Origin: Eledone cirrhosa
Lineage: Eukaryota
Direction: 5' to 3'
Assembly: GCA_964016885.1 (NCBI GenBank)
Contig: OZ024746.1
Span: 87,606,001-87,670,000, forward strand
Length of the DNA: 64,000 bases
A program made the translations under genes and the position numbers. Shown in pieces: positions 55,039 to 64,000 of the stretch; the stretch's first letter is position 1, and each line of letters starts with the position of its first letter. The notes below the pieces were generated by a model. It ran no database searches. It had not been told where the DNA came from and saw nothing but the letters and a program-made list of their open reading frames with translations.

Positions 55039-57007
55039 AATATTTGCTCTACGGTTTTATATATTTTATATATATATATTATCCGTATCGAGCCCTCATC
55101 AGATTTTAGTCTTCACATTTATTATTATTAATATATATATATATATGTATATATATATATGTGTATGTGTGTGTGTGTGGGAGTATGTGTGTGTATGTGT
55201 GTGTGTGTATATATAATGTTAGACAATGTCCTGGACCAATACTGGCCAAAACCTATCAAAGTTATCGAATCTATATATATATATATATTTATATGTATAT
55301 ATATATATTTATATATATATATGTATATATAAATGAAAATAGAGAAATTAATGTGAGCAAGCCAACAGTATTTCATAATATATAAGTTACTATAACGTCA
55401 AAATGGAAAATATTTAAAGTAAGATATGGGAAAATAATTCAAACTCGATTAAAAAAAAAATCAAGACACATATTTTATCCACAGATTTTGTGAAATCCAG
55501 GGAAAAAACCAATAGAGTCTTAACTCAGAATAAAATAAAGTTTAAATACTCATCCTTCAATTTGAAAAAACTACAAATGCTCTATATAGTCTTAAAAAGA
55601 CTATTTCCCGAAACTTTGCAGTGGGATTAGTCACGGTTGGAGTCGTTCCTCAGTAGAGCTCAACACGATAACCAAAAGTACCACTGCTAAATTCCAACTC
55701 ACTCAACAAACATTAGGAAATACGTGAGTATATTCCCAATTAAACGTTTGGGGTGCTAACTATATTGTAGTGTGTGGATAATTGGCTGTATTATTTCATA
55801 TGAGATATATCAAATATCTCATTTCCCAGACGAATCGTTTCATTATAAGATTTCTACAAGGTAGCTGAAATTATATCAACTTATGTAGAAGCTTGCGTAA
55901 GATCAATAGATTCTTACACATGTTGGCTCTTATAAATCTACAGTGGGTACGCAATAACATTAATATTGATAACCAAATCAACATAAAAAGTTAGCGATAA
56001 TCACCATCAGTGCTAGAGGGAACTGTTAGGTTGTGAATCCAGCAGTTCTAAAGAAAATCTCACACTGTCCCGAAGATGGGAGGAAGGAGGTTGCCGCCAA
56101 AAATAATAGATGCGCAGGTCGTTGAACTCTGACAAGAATTCAAGCCACGTGCGAAGAACTCGATTGGATATGAAAATATAAATATATGTGTGCACCGTTT
56201 AATGACACACACACACACACACACAGATATATATATATATATATATATATATATCGTCTTTTTCTCCCTGTTTACATATATATATATATACACATATATA
56301 TAATTATATATTATTGCATTCGTATTATACCACGAAACACCTCCAATATAGGCTAAAACCCATAATTTGGTGAGAAATAATATTCATGTTAATATTCTGG
56401 TACAATACTAAATATATCTAAATTACGATTAAGATCATTGCAAGGAAAAGCTTATATATTTAAGGACAAAAATAGTTTTTTCCTGTATAATTGTCTATAG
56501 CACAGATTCCCGGTGATTATAACCCTAGGTAATTAATTTAATTACATAATTAACCAATTGAGATTCCATATATGTTCAGTAGACTTGTCTTAAAATATAC
56601 TAATTAATAGGCAATCCAAAAAAGGAAATTCTAATACATTTTGTTTTGATGGAAATAACGTCTAGACTGGACGACCTCTATAGCTAAAAGAAAAATGCAA
56701 TGTTATGAACATTAGGTGGTTTAGCTATAGTTATTCAGTACATAGATAAATTCTATAAATGAGGAGACAATTGAAATGATAAATATCTTACACTATTGTG
56801 AAAAAAATTAACAACTAAACTTCCTATTACTTTAATTATACAAAAAACGAGTAGCAACATTAGAAAAATGGATTATAATAAAACAAAAACATTTATTTCA
56901 ATCCTATTATACCATGAAATAACTCAAATATGATTTATTTATATATGTATATATATATATATCACATAAGAAACGGAGAATCAGTGCGGCGACGGATAAG
57001 ATGTATT

Positions 57008-57103
57008 AGACGTTTTACAATCGTTTCACGGCGACCAGTTCGAGGCGCGATCGATGCAATGATCAAACCTGTCTCTGAAATAGCAAGATCCTCGGATATG
57101 TCT
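57008..57103 (-). ncRNA. Hammerhead ribozyme (CCGAGGA core), left arm of the 2-kb palindrome
   Basis: AGACAUAU-CCGAGGA-...-GAAACGAUUGUA-AAACGUCU; stem I partly mismatched. Confidence 0.55.
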
Positions 57104-58815
57104 CGTTTCTACGAAGCAGAGTTTCTAAATGTCCAGTTACACCCGCAGTTACGCTCGGCAACTTAGATCCTGTTGTTTTCATCCTATGAGGGGTCAACAA
57201 TTGTACACGTCATCTGTATTTTTGGTCACTCACGGCCGTCGTATATCTGATTCCTTTCAATTGCCACCTGTCAATCAAAGTTGTTTCTCATATCGGGATT
57301 ACTACTGTAGTGGGTAAGGGGTTGTATGATTGAATCGGTCACGTCTTGTCGCAGCTCTCCCATGTCCATGTATCACGCAGGCGTGTTAGGTATGGGCACT
57401 CATACACTCACACCAATCAGATACACACCCACAACTGTCTCATATGCGACATTCACAGTAAATATTAAATATTAAATGTGTATCGAATACTTAGAAAGAA
57501 AAAGCATTTAAAAAACAATTAAAAAAACATTTAAAACGGCATTTCATAAAAGCACACCCCCAGAATACTTTAAAAAACCCACATTTCAAAAAGAAAACCC
57601 TATAAAAAGAAGTTCTTTAAAAGGATGCTTGGAAGAGCGTTCAAAAAAGTTATTTCAAATGTATTTTTGTATACGCACAACCACACACACACACAGACTG
57701 TGCACAGTGAACCATATATACTTGAGACGCTGTACTCAGTGAATCATATATAATTAAGACGCGGCGCTCATATACAGATGAACAAATACTGCATTTATGT
57801 ATATTGTGCGTGAACTTTCAGCATCAGATCGGTTTAGTCCAAGCCTCAAGAACGTTGACTCATATATTATTGTATGCGCCATGTGCACAATCGCGCGCGT
57901 GTGTGTGTGTGGGTGTCTGGGTATTCATCAAGTATAGGATCTTTTTTGAGACGTATGGGTATGCCCATATGCATGCCCATGCGCGGGCACATGTATGCAT
58001 GTGTGTGCATGCATACACGCATACAGACATGGGAATATATATCCGGGTGTATCTAATTGTAAGAACATGTCTGAGTAGGTGTATGCATATATATGTGTAG
58101 ATTCTCAATTTGTTCATCTGTATATGCGCGCAGCGTCATAAGTATATATGATTCACTGAGTAGGGTGTGTGTGTTTGGATGTGCGTATAGTTATCAAAAA
58201 TACGTTTGAAATAACTTTGTTGAACGGCTCTTCCAAGTATCCTTTTAAAGACGTTCTTTTTATAAGGATTTCTTTTTGAAATGTGGGTTTTTTAAGGTAT
58301 TCTGAGGGTGTGTTTTTATGAAACGCCGTTTTAAATGTTTTTTTAAATGTGTTTTTAAATGTTTTTTTTAAATGTTTTTTTTTAAATGCTTTTTCTTTCT
58401 AAGTATTCGATACCCACTTAATATTTAATATTTACTGTGATTGTTGCATATGAGACAGTTGCGGGTGTGTATCTGATTGGTGTAGGTGTATGAGTGCCCA
58501 TACCTAACACGCCTGCGCGATACATGGACATGGTTGTGGGAGCCTACAGGCCGGGAGAGCTGCGACAAGACGCGACCGTTTCAATCATACAACCCCTTAC
58601 CCACTACAGTAGTAATCCCGATATAAGAAAGAAACAAATTTGATTGATAGGTGGCAATTGAAAGGAATCAGTTATATGACGGCCGTGAATGACCAAAAAT
58701 ACCGATGACGTGTACTATTGTTGACCACTCATAGGATCAAAACTACAGAATCTAAGTTGCCGATCGAATGAAGCGGGTGTAACTGTACACTTGGAAACTC
58801 TGCTTCGTAGAATCG

Positions 58816-58912
58816 AGACATATCCGAGGATCTTGCGATTTCAGAATCAGGTTTGATCATTGCATCGATCTTGCCTCGAGCAGGTCACCAGAGAAACGAT
58901 TGTAATATGTCT
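58816..58912 (+). ncRNA. Hammerhead ribozyme (CCGAGGA core), right arm of the 2-kb palindrome
   Basis: Perfect stem I AGACAUAU/AUAUGUCU; CCGAGGA; stem II UCUUGCGAUU/GGUCACCAGA (8 of 10 pairs); GAAAC GAUU GUA; then AAUAAA. Confidence 0.72.
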
Positions 58913-59034
58913 AATAAATCTTATTCGTCACAGCACTGATTCTCCGTTTCTCATGTGATTTTATACTCTGCTCTATAAGAGCATGGAGAGCTCAAACAGC
59001 CTACCGCATTTGGACGCCTTAAGCATCCCACACC

Positions 59035-59128
<94 letters not shown>

Positions 59129-59352
59129 ACATATAGAAGGTCGTCTGCTCCATACAAAGCTTGGCCTCAACCTGCACTATATATCAGTTCAGATATCGCT
59201 TCAATCGACCACCTGACTTGAACATTTTCTGGCAAACATGCATATACGCACACACATACACACTCACACACGCACGCACACAGACATATATACACACACA
59301 CACACATACACACACACACTTATTATAAAAGCGCACATACATTACATGTTTG

Positions 59353-59385
<33 letters not shown>

Positions 59386-59541
59386 GTGTATGTGTGCGTT
59401 AGTGTGTGTGTGAAGATTCCAGATTTGAATTGGGTGTGAAGACTCATAAATGCAATTTCTATATATAATAAATATGACTATACATTACAAATTTACTGAG
59501 TATATGTTTTATCTGTGTTTAACTCCCACCACACATTGTGA

Positions 59542-59626
<85 letters not shown>

Positions 59627-59811
59627 TACAGACAGAGCAATATATATATATATATATATATACACACACCGAAACAAACATCCTCACAGGCACACAAACG
59701 AACACACTCACATAAGTATATATGTATATTATGTTTACCCCCCACCACAAATCGGGAATGTACTTACTAAATTAAATATATAGAAAGAGGATCTGCTCCG
59801 AAATCCATAGA

Positions 59812-59901
59812 CGTGTCTGAGGAAGCAGCGCATCCAGAGTCAGGTCGATCCAAACACAAATGGCATCTCGAGCTTTACGCCAAGGAAACAATTGTAATAC
59901 G
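59812..59901 (+). ncRNA. Type I hammerhead ribozyme, left arm of the 700-bp palindrome
   Basis: Stem I CGUGU/AUACG; CUGAGGA; GAAA; palindromic stem III ACAAUUGU; GUA; AAUAAA downstream; stem II poorly paired. Confidence 0.65.
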
Positions 59902-60095
59902 CAATAAATTTAGTTCCGATACATCACTGATTTTTCGTTTTCCATCCTATCATACTCTGATCCGTAATGCAATCTAATAGTAGCTAAGAGCATTCCATAG
60001 GCGGTATGCCGGTTGAGCACTCTGTGCTCCTAAGGAGCAGAGTGTAATGGGATGGAAAACGAAAAATCAGTGATTCATCGGAACTCAATGTATTG

Positions 60096-60206
60096 CGTAT
60101 TACAATTGCTTCCCCGGCGTGTGGATCGACCTGACTCTGTGTGTGGATCGACCTGACTCTGTGTGTGGATCGACCTGACTCTGGATTCACTGGTTCCTCA
60201 GATACG
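60096..60206 (-). ncRNA. Hammerhead ribozyme copy, right arm (GAAA changed to GAAG)
   Basis: CGUAU-CUGAGGA-...-GAAGCAAUUGUA-AUACG; stem II expanded by the 22-bp tandem repeat. Confidence 0.55.
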
Positions 60207-60855
60207 TCTATTGATTTTGGAGCAGATCATCTTTCTATATATTTAATTTAGTAAGTACATTCCCGATTTGTGGTGGGGGGTAAACATAATATACATATAT
60301 ACATATGTGTGTGTGTTCGTTTGTGTGCGTGTGTGGATGTTTGTGTATGTGTGTGTATGTATATATATATCAGCTTAACCCTGATAATGTACTCCCGCTA
60401 CGTAGATGATATAAACATCGTAGTTAAGACACCCCCACTAAAGAACAGTCAGGAACTAGAGAAAAACACAATGGAAAGCATCCAGCAAATACCAAACTCC
60501 ATCCACCAGAGCATCAGAGTTACTATAGACTACCCAATAGACACCCCAACCATCGATTACCTGTACTAGACACAGAGCTCTGGTTAGATACCATTAACAA
60601 CCGAAAACAAATCCTCCATTCCCATTATGCCAAACCCATGACTTCCAAACATCTGATCCACCGAAACTCGGCCATTTCGGACCATACCAAAATCAACATA
60701 CTGATTGCGGATTTGGTACGGGTGATGAGAAATGTGTCCCGCATGTGCAACCCCGAAGAACTAGAGAGACACATACAACACTTCATCCACCGTATGCAGT
60801 TCTCTGGCTACTATCAGAGAGATAGAATCAGAGTATATAGAGGAGCCAGAAACAA

Positions 60856-61527
60856 ATGGGAAAAATGGTAAATAATGACATAAATGGGACCTGCCCCTTG
60901 TATAGGAGCAAATTTTGGAATAGAATAGAAAGAACTAGGAACAAGGCCAATAGAATAAACTCATGGTATGATAGCAATAAATACCAGAGTGTAATGTTCA
61001 TCAATACAACCCCTAGAAGCGAACTAGCCTACAAATTTAGAAGGGCCCTAAATAAACATAAACTCAAAATTAAGATAGTAGAAAGACCAGGTACCTCCGT
61101 AAAAACACTTATTAGCAAGACATACCCGTTCCAAAGACCCTCATGTATAGATAAGAAATGTATAACCTGTAAAATAAGCCCCCATATTAACTGTAAAACT
61201 AGAAATGTAGTGTATAGCATAAGATGTACTGAAGGACAATGTAGAAACAAAAATATAGTGTACATAGGTGAGACAGCTCGTAGTATAGGGGAACGAATAA
61301 ATGAACACTGGCGAGACCTTCAATATAATAAAGAATCATCTGTGCTCTACCAACACGCTAAGATAGAGCACAGGGGTAAATTAGAGAACATAGAAATAAA
61401 AATAGAATCCACACACAGAAAAGATGCAATGTTTAGGCAAATTACAGAGGCAGTAAGCATAAAAGAATTACAACCAAAATTAAATAGAAAATATGAGTGG
61501 AACAGCAACATCACAACTTACAATTAA
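60856..61527 (+). pseudogene. PLE GIY-YIG endonuclease reading frame (open C-terminal segment of a frameshifted ORF)
   Basis: 223-aa track ORF with VVY..YIGET..R..EH..E..N motif. Confidence 0.88.
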
Positions 61528-61576
61528 GGACAAAATGAAAACACACACACACATAGAACAAACAACCAACCAACAA

Positions 61577-61607
<31 letters not shown>

Positions 61608-61746
61608 ACAAATAGATAAATGAACACAAACACACACATACACCCGGATGTGGCGCATGCGCAAACTGAGCACACAACACACACACAGAAACAAAATGGC
61701 GTAGGACAGAAGAAAGGAAAGGCACAGAAACAAAGAAAGGAATCCC

Positions 61747-61793
61747 TAGTCACTGAAGAAATCACAGAGTGTGTGACGAAAGGACTATGACTA
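61747..61793 (+). ncRNA. Minimal type I hammerhead ribozyme in the PLE 3' pLTR
   Basis: Stem I UAGUCA/UGACUA; CUGAAGA; stem II UCACA/UGUGA; GAAAG GA CUA. Confidence 0.8.
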
Positions 61794-61950
61794 TATATAA
61801 ACAACTATCTGGTTGTGGAACCAACCAACCAACCAGAAATTTATAAGTTTGTAGATTTGTAAGTTTATAAATTTATAAATATATAATAAATTGAAGTGAA
61901 AGCAACTGGTGCGTGTGTTTCTTATTGGCAACATGACCCTCCCAAAGTAT

Positions 61951-62002
<52 letters not shown>

Positions 62003-62003
62003 C

Positions 62004-62071
<68 letters not shown>

Positions 62072-62644
62072 AGAGAGAAAGGGAGAGAGAGAGAGTTTTT
62101 TCCTACCGCTATAGTTTCCATATAGTTGCATTTACTTATGTTTGTTGTCTTTGCTGCTAACTGCATTATTTACCAAAAATATGAAGCTTATATATCTATA
62201 GTTCAATCAATTGCTTATTTATTTTGTCATATTTTTACATTATTTAATTGTATAGATTAAAATGTGTTAGATAAAGTTATCCTCATTTGAGAGTTGTGTT
62301 TTTTTAAAGTATTTAAATCTTATTTTAAAATTCACTCTTTAAGATTGTGTTTTTGTATTTTTAATGTCACCTCTAGTTTTTATTTCCATTTTGCTTGTTC
62401 GTTGTGTTTAAGACTCTTTTGTATATCTCTGTATGAGTACCTATTAATGCTGTTGTATTTTCGATATATATTTACATTTATATGTTTTCATTGCACTGAA
62501 CACATCACAGTGTATGGATGCAGATATAAGAACGACAAGTACCGTCTCATATAAGAGATATTATTTTCTTATATATATATATATATAAATTAATAAAAAC
62601 AATGAATAAAAACAAAGAAACAGTTCCTTATATTTAAAAAAGTC

Positions 62645-62778
62645 ATCATGTTACGATCGTTTCTAGGATATATATGTGTGTGTTGGTATGTATATCATAT
62701 AGATCTATGTAAACATTTTACAAACTATCAGAGGAAATATACATACCTACACATATATATGCTGTCTTCAGAAATAAT
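62645..62778 (-). ncRNA. Long-stem-II hammerhead ribozyme, paralog of 15943-16081
   Basis: AUUAUUU-CUGAAGA-cagcauauauaugugu..-GAAACGAUCGUA; stem I partly diverged and interrupted by a SINE. Confidence 0.68.
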
Positions 62779-62887
62779 TGTTTCTACTTTAGGCACAAGG
62801 CCAGCAAATACCCTGTGTATTACTGGTACTTTATTTTATCGACCCCATAAGGATAAAAGGCAAAGTTAACTCCGGCGGAATTTGCTG
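62779..62887 (-). mobile_element. SINE family A, 5'-truncated, with 11-bp TSD
   Basis: tcagaaataat at 62768-62778 and 62888-62898. Confidence 0.9.
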
Positions 62888-64000
62888 TCAGAAATAATGA
62901 TATTTGTTTATTGAAAAAAAACAACAAAGATTTAATATAATAGGTCTGTTTGGGAACAAGTTTTGAATTGACCAATAGAAAAATAGTAAGTGGTAAAGTT
63001 GATAGAATAGTAGTAGTAGCAATTTAATTTAGAGATAGAGGAATGCATACTTCAGTTTTGAATGGAAAGAATACTTTTAATGAAAATATTAATTTGGGGA
63101 TGAAAAGAGGTCAAGCCGGTGAAAGGTACGCGAACATTTGATGTTATTAAAGAATAATGCTAATGTTAAAATAGAAGGAGAATAAAATTTTAGGGTAAAT
63201 GTGTTAGTTAGAAATACCAATCTTATTTAAAACACAAGGAATTTAGATCTATAACAAGAAATTAAATTAATGTAAATGATAGGTATACTGATAGGGGAAA
63301 ATGTATATTGATTCATATAGATGTGATAAATAAGAGTTAGATGTTATTAAAGAATTTTTTTTAAAACGAAGGAAATCAAATGTTTGGGATAAATGTATTA
63401 GTGAGAAATAACAAACGTATATAGACTACAAGGTGTTTAGATTCATAACAGGAAATTAAAATAGTTTATACGTATACTTATAGGTATTCATTTTAGGAAA
63501 AGAGAGCTGTAAAAGGGAAATAAAATTATGAAGTTCTAAGTAGTAAAATACTAATTATAGGTTAACTAAATTAAAAAACTAATTATAATAATTTGAAGAA
63601 TATAAGGTGTATATTAATTAGGTTTATAATATTTGAAAGTTCTTCTAATTCTATGATTGCACGATATAATTAATTCTTGTCGCTTATTTAATACGATATC
63701 CTTAGATTTCATTATTTCAAAAAGTTCGTGGGAACATCATCTACACTCATATCTATTATTTTGATAAGGGGTGGCCCTTATGAGCACAGTCCAGATCAGG
63801 TTATAATCGATATTCTTTTTTCTATATTTATTAATTATTTCAGCCAAGGATGTTGTATTAGCTAATGCGGCATTTGTAAAACTATGTTTGAGGGTATTAA
63901 ATCTTACTTTAAATTGATTAGAAGTAGCTCCTATATATGAATAAGTTGAGTCCATAGTGCTAATTTAACAATTATATACTATGTTATTAATAAGATAATT

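Larger units (their letters stand above)
56961..58959. repeat. Palindrome of about 2 kb: arms 56961-57787 and 58108-58959, spacer about 320 bp
   Basis: Arms are colinear reverse complements along their length with scattered substitutions and indels. Confidence 0.95.
59662..60358. repeat. Palindrome of about 700 bp: arms about 59662-59959 and 60038-60358
   Basis: atgtttaccccccaccacaaatcgggaatgtacttactaaattaaatatatagaaaga and its reverse complement; right arm has three tandem 22-bp units tgtggatcgacctgactctgtg. Confidence 0.95.
60371..61953 (+). mobile_element. Penelope-like element, 5'-truncated (RT C terminus, GIY-YIG endonuclease, 3' pLTR)
   Basis: YSRYVDDI, LPVLDTELW, HYAKPMTSKHLIHRNSAIS, CIDKKCITC..NCKTRNVVYSIRC..YIGETARSIGERINEH..RQITEAVSIKELQPKLNRKYEW; two frameshifts; (TA)n on both flanks. 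Confidence 0.93.
62590..64000 (-). mobile_element. Penelope-like element 3' end (GIY-YIG remnant, about 1 kb 3' UTR, HHR); continues beyond the window
   Basis: YIGATSNQFKVRFNTLKHSF..TSLAE..NLIWTVL..PYQNNRYECR*C..LNKRQELISCNH. Confidence 0.85.

Noticed and set aside
60120-60185. CRISPR-like repeats
   Set aside because: Three head-to-tail 22-bp units with no spacers, no cas genes and a eukaryotic context.

Overview
AT-rich, microsatellite-saturated eukaryotic (animal) intergenic or intronic DNA. The tRNA-derived SINEs resemble octopus OR-type families, so a coleoid cephalopod is the likely source (inference). No host protein-coding gene, rRNA, tRNA or CRISPR array can be supported, and almost all track ORFs are microsatellite translations. 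The window is mostly decayed retroelements: Penelope-like elements (PLEs, RT/GIY-YIG), two Tx1/L1-clade LINEs, three R4/Dong-type RLE LINEs, RTE fragments including a short bipartite RTE derivative, about 17 copies of one tRNA-derived SINE, MITE-like elements and Helitron-like relics. The most striking hidden structure is a dense set of type I hammerhead ribozyme (HHR) folds, 14 listed here plus several decayed ones. They sit near the 3' ends of PLE-derived modules abutting (TA)n tracts. Their stem II ranges from about 5 bp to over 100 nt, several carry a CCGANGA core variant, and three large palindromes (0.7-2 kb) carry an HHR or HHR remnant in each arm. All folds were read by eye; coordinates of degenerate elements are approximate.
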